This document shows positions 1 to 12,559 of a DNA stretch of 64,000 nt, piece by piece. The stretch's first letter is position 1; each line of letters opens with the position of its first letter. The stretch comes from Camelus ferus. Its lineage: Eukaryota. Where the stretch lies: contig NC_045697.1 in NCBI RefSeq assembly GCF_009834535.1, positions 2,668,001 through 2,732,000 on the forward strand. The letters are read 5' to 3'. The notes below the pieces were generated by a model. The model was not told the origin of the DNA. It worked only from the letters and a program-made list of their open reading frames with translations, and did not search any database. The position numbers and the translations under genes are program-made.

Positions 1-834
1 GGAAAGGCAGCGTGTGCTGTGCCACCATGGGCAGCAGCTGTATATCTCAGTTAAGTGGATTACTTCTTTATTTTTTCATGTCGGAAGCCAGAGGGAAGCC
101 CACTGTGGGGTCTGGAAGAGGCGGCACCCTCCAAAACGGCTCTCCACCTCTTCAGGGCCGGTCTCCTGGCAGGTGCGAGCCTGTGCCCTCTGGGGGTCCC
201 AGTGCTAGAGTCGGGGGTGGGTGGTGATGGGCACGTCAAAGAAGGGTGAAACCGACTCAGCTCCTGGGCTTGCCAGGCCTTTCATGCCTCTGCACCTTCA
301 TCTATGCTATTCCCTGAGATAGCAGGGCCCTTCTTGCCTCAAGTTAGTAAACTCCTACTCATCCCTCAAGACCCCATGCATATGCTCCCTTCTCAGCAGG
401 TTCTCCTCGGCTTCTCAGGGAACGATGCATGCAGTGATGTGGTGATGCGGACACCCAGGGGGCTCAGAGTCGGACTTAGAGGTCAGCCAGGACCCCCGCT
501 TCAACATGTTGGGGAGGAAGGTGTGACCTGCTCAAGGCCGCCCAGCAAGTCTGAGAGCAGGCACTCCAGCTCCGGGCCCGACCCTCTTCCAGCCTGTTCT
601 CTGCACACGCTGCCCGGCTTACACCAGGTGTGGCCGTCCTTGTGATCCCAGTTCCTGCTGCAGACAACACCAGGGGAGCTTGTGGCCAGAGAGTGAGTCT
701 CCGATCAATACCCAGGAACCGCGCGGAGCCGCCGGCGGGCAGCCTGGGTGAGTCATGCCTGCAGGAGGGCGAGGGAAGACCCTTGCCCTCTCCCCACCTC
801 TGCTCTGGTCCCGCACGTCCTTTGTCCTCTGTGT

Positions 835-2110
835 CTCTTTCGAAACATTTTAGAAACACAAAAAAACATAGAAGAAAAATTCCACCCATGTTTCCAACTC
901 TCAGAATCCACAAATGTCCACATCTCATCATTTTTATTTAGATTTATGGAAATAAGGGAAATAAAAGCCAAAGATGAAGTTTGCGGGTCTCCTGCCCATT
1001 CTGCTCCCCCACTGTTTGGAATGTGGTTTCTCCAGCTGCAGCCTCACAGTCCAGTCCCCAGAGACAGGCGTTTGCAAACAATGGGTCGTCTTGCCTTGTG
1101 TATCTTAAAGTGCATGTAAAATGTTAAGACTTTGCTTTTACTGCACTGTCATATTTCAGCATATGAATACACCCCCATTTTATTCATCCATCCCACATGG
1201 TGGGCTGTCGGCTATTCCAGAGTTTGTGGCCATGACCAGCAAGGCCCACCCCTCCTGCCCCGCCCCAGTGCACGTGTCACGGCCTCAAGGAGGAGCATCC
1301 CTATGAGGGAAGTGCTGGAGGCTGCTCCTTCGCTCGCCGCCGCCGTCTACCTAACTGATACCCGAACACCTGTCTGTCTGTTTATCCGCTCATTGGAGAG
1401 TCACGTTCCCCTTCTCTTTGTGTCTTTTGTCCATTTTCTACGGGTCGCCTGCCCTTCCTCACTGAGCCAGGGCCGCGATGTACGCACCCCGGGTGGTAAC
1501 CTTCCGTGCGGCACAGACCACAGGCGTTTTCGTCTGTTGCTCCGTGTTTACCTTCATTTTTGTGTCTTTTATCCTACAGCCCATTAAAACTGATGTGATC
1601 AAACCGACCCCTCTTTCCTTGCGGGTGATCATCTCTGTCTCTTGACTCGGAATTTTCCTGCCCTGGGACTCTGAGCTCATCTTGAGCCTTTTCTTCTAAC
1701 ATCCTTGTTTTTTGCATTAAGGTTTCCGATCCGTCTAGAAGCTTTATGGAAGGTGCGGATCTAATTTTTGCAGAAACCACTTTATATTTCCAGGATAAAC
1801 CTTGCTTTTTCATGATAGACTTTTTTTTTATAATCTGCTGGAATGAATTTGCTAATTCTTCACTTAAGATTTTACAAATGCGTGCATAGACGTGGCCAGC
1901 ATCTGTCTCTCTTGTACAGACTGTTGGCAGGTCTGATGTCAGGTACACCGTCTCCTCGAACAAGGCAGTCGCTTTAATTGTTCTTCTCAGAAAGTTTGAA
2001 TAAGGTAGAGACTGTCTGCTGATTGAAGATGTGTTACAACTCTCCTCGGAAATGGCCTGGGGCTGAAGAACCATATTTTGGATTTTGTTGCTATTTAGAC
2101 TACCTTAGGT
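835..2110 (-). mobile_element. Degenerate old L1 (L1M-type) fragments
   Basis: T-rich antisense L1-like text, e.g. TTTATTCATCCATCCC, CTGCTGGAATGAATTTGCTAAT, GGAAATGGCCTGGGGCTG. Confidence 0.55.
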
Positions 2111-2139
2111 TTTTAAGCTGTTTTATTTTTGCTGTTGAA

Positions 2140-2340
2140 AGACAGAGCAGGGTGGTGATGGAGACCTTGGGCCCTGGACCGAGTCCAGCTGCCACATCCG
2201 GCTGTGTGACGTTTGGCAAGTTACTCCCCCTCTCTGTATAAATAGAGTAGGACCCACTTCATAGGTTGTAGTGGAGAAATAGATAAGACTCTATGCATCA
2301 AGAGTTTTAAGTACACTTTCAGCACTTAAAAACCAGCTTG
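2140..2340 (+). mobile_element. MIR SINE
   Basis: Core GCTGTGTGAC.TTTGGCAAGTTACT..CCTCTCTGT. Confidence 0.6.
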
Positions 2341-2437
2341 GCAAACTAAGACTGGAGGATGGCCTTAGCCAGTACTGAGCACCTACCAAACCTGCGCAAA
2401 CAGCCTGCTTGAAAGGGGCTATTAAACACCCTGCTCA

Positions 2438-2540
2438 GGGGAGGGTGCGGCTCAGGGGTAGAGCACGTGCTTAGCATGCACGAGGTCCTGGGTTCAATGC
2501 CCGGTACCTCCACTAAAAAGAATGTAATTAAAAAATTAAT
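2438..2540 (+). mobile_element. tRNA-Ala(AGC)-derived SINE (camelid Vic-1-like)
   Basis: GGGGAGGGT..GCTCAG.GGTAGAGC...GCTTAGCATGCACGAGGTCCTGGGTTCAAT..CC.GTACCTCCA followed by an A-rich tail; two more copies in the window. Confidence 0.8.
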
Positions 2541-2544
2541 TTTC

Positions 2545-3710
2545 TCCTGCACATCAGGAATCAGGCAGGAGTCTCCACCTGAAGCCAGCACAGCCAGGAG
2601 GCCCAGGTGGCATGGCGAGGAGGCAGAAAGGAAGAGCAGGCCGATTCGGGGGAAAGGGGCCAAGTGGTCACTATTTTCGTATGCCATGGTTGTTCTCTCC
2701 AGAAACCCAAATTAATCTATAGATAAGTTATCAGAGTTAATAAGAGATTGACAAGGTTTCTAAATACTCAATCAGTCTATTTTTAAATACATAATTTTAA
2801 GCAGCAGTTAGAAAATCTAATTTTAAAATAACAGTGATTATAGAACACCTAGCAATAAATCCAAAAAAGGACAGAAAGCTCTCCGGGGAGAAAGTTACTT
2901 AGCATCACTGACCATAATTGAGGAGACCTGGTAAATGGAGGAATATGCCATATTCAGGGAGACAAAGCCTCGCGGATTAAAGGGCGTCAGTTCTCCCTGG
3001 ATCAACCTGTAGACTCAGCACAGTTCCAACCACATTTCTCTGTGTGTGAGTCTTAATAAATCAGCTGATCCTAAATGTTTATGGAAAGCAAACAGCCAAG
3101 AAGAGCCAAGACATTCCACAATAACGCAGGGACGGGGGCTTGCCCACTAGATACCAGAACGTTTTATGAAGCTACATTTACTCAAATCCTGTTCCCAGCC
3201 ATTCCATGCCTAGGGATACACCCAGAGGACTGCAGGCATATTCATGTACAAAGTACGGGGCGTGACTGTTCACAGCAACGTTGCTTGTAATAGCCAGGAA
3301 GTGCTCGTCAACAGATGAGTGGATGAACAGAGGGTGAAGGATGTGGTTTAGCCACACAGTGGAATAGTATTTGGCCATCGAGAGGGACGAAATTCTGAGA
3401 CACGCTGCAACGTGGATGAGTCCTGAAAACAGGATGCCAAGTCAAAGAAGCCAGTCACAAAGGCCAGGGATTGCATGACTCCATGTATACGACATGCGCT
3501 GAACAGGCAAATTCACAGACGCAGGAAGTGGTCTGGGGCGGCCCAGGGCTGGGGCAGGAGCTGGGGTGTGTGGTTTCTTGGGGGGGTGATTAAAGTGTCC
3601 TAAAACTGCCTGTGGTGATGGCTGGATTACTCTGTGAATATACTAAAAATCATTGAATTGCTCACATTTTTAAATGGGTGAATTTTATAACACGTGAGTT
3701 CTATCTGCTT
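2545..3710 (+). mobile_element. Old L1 (L1MB/L1ME-like) ORF2 fragments and 3' end
   Basis: CAACAGATGAGTGGATGAAC, AAAGAAGCCAGTCACAAAGG, GTGAATATACTAAAAATCATTGAATTG are typical L1M 3'-end text. Confidence 0.7.
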
Positions 3711-5959
3711 ACTTTGGGAAAAGGCTCTATTTGGTGCAGGAGCTAGGAAAATGGGCCTGAACAGGCTCACAAGGGCAGGGTCATGCTGGCTTGTTCACAG
3801 GCCCAGGTGGAGCACAGTGTCTGCGGCATGCAGCCATGCAATAAACGATTGCTGACTGACTGTGCGTCTTTGTGTATGTGAGTGAACGAATGAGCAAGGC
3901 CGGAGTCGGTCCAGGGTCTGCCCCGCCCATCTAGCCAGTGGGTAAATGGAGAAGCTGGGGTTTGAGTTCTGGCCTCCCTGGCCCACCCAGTCCTGACCCA
4001 CTGGAGGAGAGAGGACAGTGTGGGACCTGGGGGAGGTCAGGGAGAGGCAGGAAGGCTGCCCACACGCCGGCTGGTCTGGGGAAGATGGTTCTGGCCAGGA
4101 TGTGCGAACCAGTGCTTGGGAGGGACCCCGGGCGGTGAGGCTGGAGAGAGAGCGTTAATGTCACGACAGCCCCAGCAATGCCTGAGGCAGGGCGGGACTT
4201 CAGATCCTGGGGCCAGGGAGACACTGGGGTTTGGAAGCGTTAATGCCAACCTTGGCGGCCACGTGGGATGACCCACGGGAACACACGGCTACACCACATT
4301 TCCCGAGATGGCATGTGGGGCTAATGGGTGACCTCCCACCTGTGCTGTGAGAGGCAAGGCTGGGGTTCTGGGGTTTACTGAGCACCCCCATTCTGCATGC
4401 CCCCCCTCCAGACACCAGAACATACACCTTCAGGTCTCAGGTGGCCTCAGGAGCAGGATTCTGACTCCCAGTCTCTGCTAAGATGCTCCCACCAGGTAGG
4501 CAGTAAGAGTCTTGAGACCCTTTTCACTGTAAACTGCTGTAATAAAACCGTTCTTTGCTCACCCCCCAAGCCCCCAGGGGCCCTCTGGCCGGGTCTCCTG
4601 ATTTAGAAAACCTCAGGGTAAAAAAAATCTATGACGCTCTCTGGTTTCCCCTGAAGCAGGCGGGAGGGAGCGGTGCTCAGGAAGGCCCGCGGACGTGGTC
4701 AGGTGATTTAGGTCCGTGAAGCATCCATCCTCCCGAGCGAGGCAGTGGGAGCCCTCTGGGGCAGACAGTCCGCCGCTGTGGCTGACCCTCGGGGGGCCCT
4801 GGGCGGATCCTGGGGCTCGCTGGGCCTGGATTCCCTCATCCTGGGCTCATCCAGCCCCCGCTCCTGCCCAGGGACCCCCCGCCGCCAGGCTGCGTCCGGA
4901 GTGTGAGCGGGGCCCCCACCGGCGAGGGTGCGACTCCAGCGTGAATGCACAGGGCTTTCGCCCGGGCAGCCTTGCCTGCCGCAGCCGCCGTGGCTTCCGT
5001 GTGCGCGCAGAGTGGGTGCCGTGCGGGGCTGAGGAGGCATTTGTCTCTGACTCTGAAGCATCTCCACTTTGAAGCCTGGATCGGGGCAGAATCATGTCAG
5101 GGCAGCACATATAGAGCCCACCCTCCCCCCACGGACACCCCGGGCAGCAGAACCCGCCCTGCCCTACGTGGACATCTGGGGCGGCCATCCCAGCCTCTGC
5201 AGGTGGGACTTGTCACATTAGAAGCACCCTCGGCAAAGCCCACAGGATCCCGGGAACCCTCCAGACCCACCCTGTGTAGAGCTTGGAACCAGGTCTGGGT
5301 CTGCATCACGCCAGCAAAGGGCCAGGAGCCCTGCGCCCTGTGGGTCTGCATCAGCCTCTGCCCGCTGGCCCTCCCACCTGCCACCTCCCTCTGGTCCTGT
5401 CCCCCAAACTGCCCCCGTCAGACCTTCCCCTGACCCCGCAGAGCGCCGCTGCATTTCCCGCACGGTGCTCCATGGAGGACTCTGGTCTGCGCCGACCATC
5501 GGCTCATTGATAAATCTTCCCCAAGTCCCCATAAATCTGTCCCTTGTAAACGTTTATTACCAAGAGCAGGCCCGCTCAGGGAGCCTCCGCTTGGAGGGGC
5601 GTGTGCTTTTGATCCATCACTTCAGCCTGGGTCCGTTCAACACTCACACCGTTCACTGAGCAGCAGGCCTGTTCCAGGGAGGCTGGAAGACGCGAGTACC
5701 AGCTTTCTCGCCCTTCTTCTCCTGGGCGTGGATGTGCATGCAGAGGCCGCCACTCGTTTACAAAGCCGGCCACAGCACCACGAAACACGATCCGCACGAG
5801 GTGTGCTCGTCGAGGAAACAGCCGCAGTCCCACACAGAGAGCCTGGCCGAGGAGGTGATATTTGAGTGGGGCTTTGGGAGATGTGTAAGAGTTCATCAGA
5901 GGAAGCCTGCCCTAGGAACAAGAAACCACATGAGGAATGGCGGAAAAATACGTTGTGTT

Positions 5960-6405
5960 TTGTGTTAATTCCCTCTGGCTGCTGTAACAAACTACCACAA
6001 ACTTATTGGCTTAAAACAACACAGACTGCTTACTGCAGTTCTGGAGGTTAGATGTCTGAAATGGGTCTTACAGGCCTAAATCCAAAGCGTCAGCAGGGCA
6101 GATTCCCCCAGAGGCTCTGGGGAAGGAACGTTCCTCGTCTCTTCCAGCGTCTAGAGGCGGCTGGCACTCCTTGGCTCCTGGCTGCACCCCTCCGACCTCT
6201 GTTTCCATCGTCAGATGTCCCCCATGTGCAGGCAAGTCTCCCTCTGCCTCCCCCTTATAAGGACCCTTGTGGTTACACTTAGGGTCACCTGGACAATCTA
6301 GAATCATCTCCAAATCTCAAGGTCCTCAGCTACATCTCAAAGTCCCGTTTTCCATACAAGGTGCCAGGTTTCAGGCAGCAGGACAGTGACCATTCACCCT
6401 GACAC
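5960..6405 (-). mobile_element. MaLR solo LTR (MLT1 family)
   Basis: GCTGCTGTAACAAACTACCACAAAC..GGCTTAAAACAACAC...CTTATAAGGACCCTTGTGGTTACA. Confidence 0.8.
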
Positions 6406-7059
6406 CAGCTAAGAGGGCAAGGTGGGGAGAGAAGGCTGGCCGGGGGCAGGGCTTGGTCGCCAGGGCTCCCTGAGGCCCGGGGCTCACACGCCGCAGAGTC
6501 ATAGTGGCCTCCTCCTCTCCAGGTTGGGGCGTCTTGCTTGCCCGAGGCCCCAGAAGGCACAAGCACCCCGGGAATCTTACCTTCTGTCCCGTCTGGAGGC
6601 TGGTCAGGGCTGGGGATTCCTTGCCATACCTGGTCGTTCGGCCCCAGACAAGCATGAAGGCGAGGGCCTTTACCAAGTCACATTCCAGACGCAATGGACT
6701 CTCCCCTCTCACTCCCAAGGGCTCCAAACTGCAAGAGGGGTCTCGCCCTGTAAAAGGGGGACTGTCCTTCAGAGGGGCATCATCCTACAAGGGGGACCAT
6801 CCTGCAAGGGTCTCCTGCTCTCCCAGAGCCCAAGAGCTGGTGCTGAGAGTGAGGTGCCCCATCGCACCACCATGCTGCTGTCAGATCAACACTTCCCTCT
6901 GTCGCTCGCCCCAAGATGGCTCTGCCTCTGTGACTGTGTGTTGTTCACAATCAAGGTGACGAGAAGGATATTCATTCGAATCACAAAAGGAGCAAATGTC
7001 CACTGATGCCCGTTCTGCACCCGCTCCAGGCTTACATCTACCACCTTATTAATACTCTC

Positions 7060-7170
7060 AGTACCGGTGAGAAGAGGAGGCACAGAGAGGTCAAGCCACT
7101 TTCCTAAGGTCACACAGAGCTAGTAAGAGGGCCAGCTGAGAGCCAGCCTCAGTCCTGGCCTTAGACCCAC
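7060..7170 (-). mobile_element. MIR SINE
   Basis: GAGGCACAGAGAGGTCAAGCCACTTTCCTAAGGTCACACAG. Confidence 0.65.
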
Positions 7171-9069
7171 AGTGACCAGGCCCCCAGAGAAAATATGGCC
7201 CAGGGGACACTGGAGGTGCTACCCATCCAATCGACAGGGAGAATTGGGTAGCAGACCTAAGAAGCCACGTGAGGGGGTGGGATCCGACCGCCCCTCCGCG
7301 GCAGAGCCCACTCAGAGCCTCTGCCCTGGCCACCCAGGGACCTGACTCCTGCCCTGATTTTCTTTTTCCAGCAGCAAGGATGAGCGAGAGCCCAGGCGGG
7401 GCTGCTAGCACTGTCCCAGGTCACAGCAGCTCCAGGGGGCTCATTTTTCCAGTCCAGAAGTTTGGGGACCACTTGTTAAATTACTGAAATGACCATGGTG
7501 AGAGCATCTACACCGTGAGAATCTGCAAAGACTGCGAATCAGGGCTGGTTTGTTTCCCTTCTGGAGACCCGGTTGTCAGACATCACCCACACACCAGGGC
7601 ACACACGGGGACCGGCCGACAGGGCTCCACAGCCGGGGCCCTTCTGTGGGCACGGCACGCTTAGAATCACTCATCCTCACGTCACCTTTTCCGATGCGTA
7701 CCTGCAATCACCCAGTCCACTTTACAGGAGAAGAAGCTGAGGCACAGAGGGGCTAAGCGACCATGTAGCCATCAGACATGGCGGCACCCAGAGCTGCACC
7801 TGGCAGTCCATCTGGAGAAGGCGTGCTCTCAGTCATTGCCTGGTGGCTCCTCAAGGCGGCCTGGGGACCCCTAAGATGGAGGAGACCACAGCTGCTCACC
7901 CCAAGGCTTCTGTCCCACGTCCTGGCCGAGGCCTGCCTGAGCAGGGGCTCGGCTAACCTTGCTTGAGGTCCGAAGGCTGAGGGTCAGGGAGGATGGGGGT
8001 GAGGTGTGCCTCTGAGCAGAGACTGAGTCAGTGGGAAGCTTCTGGAGGGCTGGTCCGTCGGCCCAACTCCCCGACTCCACGATGCCAGGGCTGCGGAGAG
8101 CACTGTGGGGTCAAAGCCCAGATCTTGCCTCTTCCCCGCCCTGCGACCCGCCGAAGGTGAGTGCACCTCCCCGACTTGGTGTCCCCATCTATGGGGCTGA
8201 TACTGTCGCCCAAAGGTTAGTGGGGTCCGGGGCGCTGAGCGCCTGGATCCCAGGAAAGGCTGCGCTGCTGCTGGCAGGGGCAGAGTCTCCAGCACGGCTC
8301 CAGGCGCAGCCGGTGCTCCGGGGTCTGCTGCCCCCTGGGCCGTGGGGAGCCTCGGGTCCACGCCCTCTGCTTAGCGGCCCCATCCATGGGGCTCCCCACA
8401 GCCCAGCATCCATCCTGCCGGGGGCCCTGGAAAGAATTAGGTGCCTCCATCTTCTCGGGGAGACTGGGTTTCATTTAAGTCTCCTTCCGCCGAGAGTTGC
8501 CCTGTCAGGTTTTAATCCTGTGGATCTGGGTGTGCAGAGGAAGTCTGCTTCCTATTTTGGCAGCACTGGAGCAAGCTGGAGGCTGAGGAGCGTTCTGGTC
8601 AGCGGTCAGGAGGCATCCGCGCTCGGCCGCTCACGGCCCGGTGGGCAGATGGCTTTGATGTGTGCTGAGCAGGAGGGCAGACAGAGCATCAGGGTGGGGG
8701 AAACTGCAAGTCAGGATTCCTGGCCTCGGAACGTCCCCCTCCCAAGGCCTGGCCCCTCTCCTCCCGCTTCCAAGCCTGACAGCACCTGGCTTAGGTCTCA
8801 GCGTGTCCCCAGTGCCCAGCTCCCAGCTCCAGGCTCCGTCTGTCTCCTCCTTTCCTCTCTCCACAAACCTGAGAGTCAGCCAGAGGAGCAAGGGCTGGGA
8901 TGGCCTAGCTGGGGAGCGCCCACCAGCAGCATTCAAACCCTAAGGCTCACGCCATCAGCCTCCTCCTGTGCGGGGAGGGTTGGAGGTGCGGTGATCGTGA
9001 GTGAGAATCACGTCATAACTGTGTCACCGAGGCTGTCACCAGTGTGTCCATGCACCCCACTGTTGTGGG

Positions 9070-9340
9070 CAGTGACCCACCCAGTGTCGAACTCCTGGGC
9101 CTCCCTAGGTGGTGTGCAAAAAGGGCTCCTGAGGTCAAATACGTTGGGGCACCACCGGGTTAGAGTGAGATGCTTTCCCTATGCAGGGCTCCTCAGAAAC
9201 TTTCCCATGATAACGCCCTCTGGGAATCTCCACGATAACCCCCCAGATGTACTGGGCCAAGGGGCCTCTTTGTTCTGGGGGACTCCCCAAGGTCTGTTCC
9301 TCCACAGCGAATGCCTGGGGAATGAAGGGAAGGCCCAGAC
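9070..9340. mobile_element. Ancient DNA-transposon relic (MER103-like)
   Basis: AAAAAGGGCTCCTGAGGTCAAATACGTTGGGG..CCGGGTTA...TGCAGGGCTCCTCAGA resembles the consensus as I recall it. Confidence 0.45.
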
Positions 9341-12300
9341 CTGCAGGCTTACTGAGCCAGGGCCGTCACTCTGGGAGACACCGCCCCTTCCTCTGCCCCG
9401 CCGTCCCTGCCTGGGCTCCGGCAGACACATCCTGCATTCATTTCACACATCATCAGCTTCTCCAAAAGTGCCCGTCTCCACTCACCCCCAGGGAGCCCTG
9501 ATTGCGCCTGCAAGACCCACCCCGCGCCGCTTCCTCCTGGAAGCCCTCCTTGAACACCCCGCCCCGCCCCACGGCCCACAGGCTCACCCCCTCTTTTGCA
9601 GTGATTGCGCCCTACACAGACATCTGTCACACAGCACCTTTCACCCTGCCCTGCCTGGTGACCGCTGTCCTCCCAGCTTAATGGTCACTGCTTCCTCGCC
9701 CACCAGCCTGACGTCTGGAACCGCAGTGCGCGCTCAGTGAGTGGGCAGACAGCGGACACACTCGGGGGCGTAGAGGCAGGCAGAGGGCACATGGCGTCGT
9801 CCCCTCCCAAGGTGACGGGGAGTGGCCACGGCCAGGCACCCTCTAGCTCACATGGTTTTATTCAGCACGAGAGCTGGGTGTACGTTTCCTTGTGAAACCA
9901 CCGGAATGAATTTATGATTTAAGACGCTTCCTTGGTTTTGTCCACTTCTGCTCTGAGTCCACGTCTCTCGGCGAGTGCAGACAGGTGCCAACTCCCATCT
10001 CCGAGGTGTTTGAAGAATGATTTGAGCAGCGACGCCGGGAAGATTGTTATAAACAGCTGTGATTATGTCAGTTCTCCCTGAGGCTAAAATGGAAAGATGA
10101 GAAATCTGATTAATTGACATTTTTATACAAATTGAGGGTTAAAAGGAGAGATCTGGGAATTCCAGTGGGCCTGTGTCCCTTCCCCCCACCCGCCTGTGTT
10201 CATGGGCAAGCAAGCAGGACCCCAAGGCTATAAAAGCGGCTAGACACCCCCAGCCCAGTCCCGCCAGACCACAGCCGAGGCCTGAGGCCCTGCCTCCACA
10301 TGGGAAACGGCTTTCTAGAAGAGGGCATGGCTACAGCCCAGGGTTGTCACAGGGGATCAGCATTCTCCAAAATGCCCTGCAAAGTAGTGAGCTCCCTGTC
10401 ATCGTGGGGATGGGGTCCCCAGACTCCTCCTGCCCCACAGCCTCAGCCGTCCCCCACCCCAGGGAAAGGCTGGAGCTGGAGCCGGCGGGGCGAGGACCAC
10501 AGAGCCGCGGGGCGCCGGGGGCCGGGCCGGGCGGGGACTGACACTGATGTGCTCGGGCAGCCGAGAGCAGCGGCAGACAACTTTCTCAGCCTTTCCGAGT
10601 AATGAGTCCACTCCGACCTGCTCTGCCTCCCCGCACAGCCAGGGAGCCAGGCCGCAGGGAGAGGCCAGCAGGCAGCCGTGGTCAGCCTGTCCGGCTGCAC
10701 ATGTGACCTCAGTCCTCCCTAAACCTTTCTCACACCTAGAGAGCAGACCTCTGACCTGGGCCCGGAGAACCTGATCAGGGCCTCCGGGGTCTGTTTATCT
10801 TACGTATTAATTCTGGCAACGTGGGCTCAGCCCGGAGACCGCCTGACCCCTGATTCCGGGGGGACGGCAGCCTCCGCGTTCTCAGCGTCACTCACCAGGA
10901 GCCTCGCCGGCCAAGCTGAACAGCTCGTAACCAGCGGTACCGTCCCTTCCTTCTGCTGCACATCATGCATCCGTGGGATGCCTGCTCTGGTCCGAGCTAT
11001 GCTGGCAGCTTGTGTGAGAGATTCTGCACTTAGAGGCTGTGGACTGAAGGCTCCAAGGCCCGTCTGCTCCGTCTCTCACATTCTATTTTTAAACTGAGCT
11101 GGATCAGAGCTGAGTGTTTGAACCCAGGTCAGGTCTGAGCCACCACCCCTCCCTCCCGAGCTGCCTGCCCCAGATAGACTTCTCTGAACTCTGAGAGTCA
11201 GATGCAGTCAGACCAGAGAGGACAGAAGTGCAAAAGAAGTCTACCTTGGGAGCCTCTCCCCTGAGTCATGGGGCTGGGACCTCGTGCCCTGGACGGAAGG
11301 ACTGGGGAGGGCAGAGCAGCACTCAGTCCTCACACCTGCGTGGTGCTGGGAGCAGGTCACACGCCACCTGTAAATGAGACTGCTGAGTAGGGTGGTTGTT
11401 GGGGTTAGAACAGCGGATGTGATCTGAGCAACATGTGGGTCATGGAGCCCCTCCCATCCACAGACCACGGGCAAGCAGCTGTATCCCCAGCATCGGGCAC
11501 ATAGTAGGTGGTCAATAAACACTTGCCAGATGCAGTACTTATCACCCGCTTTGTCTTTTGCCAGTTTCTCTCAGGCCCTGATATGACGACGTCTTGTCTG
11601 AATAACTGACATTTAAATCCTGTGGATGCTGTAAACTCTGCCACAATCCTGTCCCCATCTTTGGTTTGAAGTCCAGGCTCCAACTCCCCATGCACGTTGT
11701 ACACATCCGGGGGGCTTCTGGCTGGCGTCTCGTGTGCTGTCCTTACCTCTGACTTCACCTTATTCTTCTGTTCACATCTTCCCTTTGCCAGATCCCTTCA
11801 CTTATCAATTCTATCTTGCTTTAAGATAGTGTTTCTAGAAACTATCTCAGCTGTTTTGGGCCATGAGATAAGATACTTTTTAAAACATCCCACAAATAAA
11901 TCCTTGCCGGGCAACTAGGTCTCAGCTATAAACTTGCATACAGGAGAAGCAGCGGCGTCAACGCGCAGCATGAGTTTAGCCTCAGCTCCACGCGTGAGAA
12001 TGTTCTTTGGGGTCCAGCACATTAATAGCAACCAGCAGTTGCCAGTTTTTGAGGACCTACTACGTGCCAGACCCTTAGTGATTTCATTTGAGTGGATATG
12101 ATGCCAATTTGGTGGCTGAAGAAGCTGAGATTCAGAGAACTCAGGCCCCTTCTCCAGGTTACCTCGAAGGGCGCCGGAGAGGTTGGGCTTCGAACCTCGT
12201 CTCGCCCAAGCCTGAATTCTTCTCCTGTGCCGCCAACACCTCTGAGGAGTTCCGAAGCCAGCGTGAGCCTCCAGCCTTGCAGTGCACAGGCTGGCCCACG

Positions 12301-12559
12301 TCCAGCTCCCAGCCGCCCTCCCGCCCGGCTCCGAAGTCACGTGCGGGACAACGGAGCCCGCAGAAGGGGGGCCTCCCAGTCCCCCAGCGGGCCTCCAGCT
12401 CCGGGTCCCCGGCTCCAGGTCCCCGACTCAGAAGCAGTCTGTCTTTTCCCACGTGAACTCTGAGCTAAATTAACCAGTCATTCCTCCTGATGTGAACTAG
12501 AGCCAGCGTTTACCACAGAAAAGGTGAAAACCACGGGGAGCAGAGAGGCACCAAGAGAG

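Noticed and set aside
2438..2512. tRNA-Ala(AGC)-like genes here and at about 48090 and 63300
   Set aside because: Stem mismatches, A-rich tails, shared non-tRNA body and TSDs at two copies indicate SINEs rather than functional tRNA genes.
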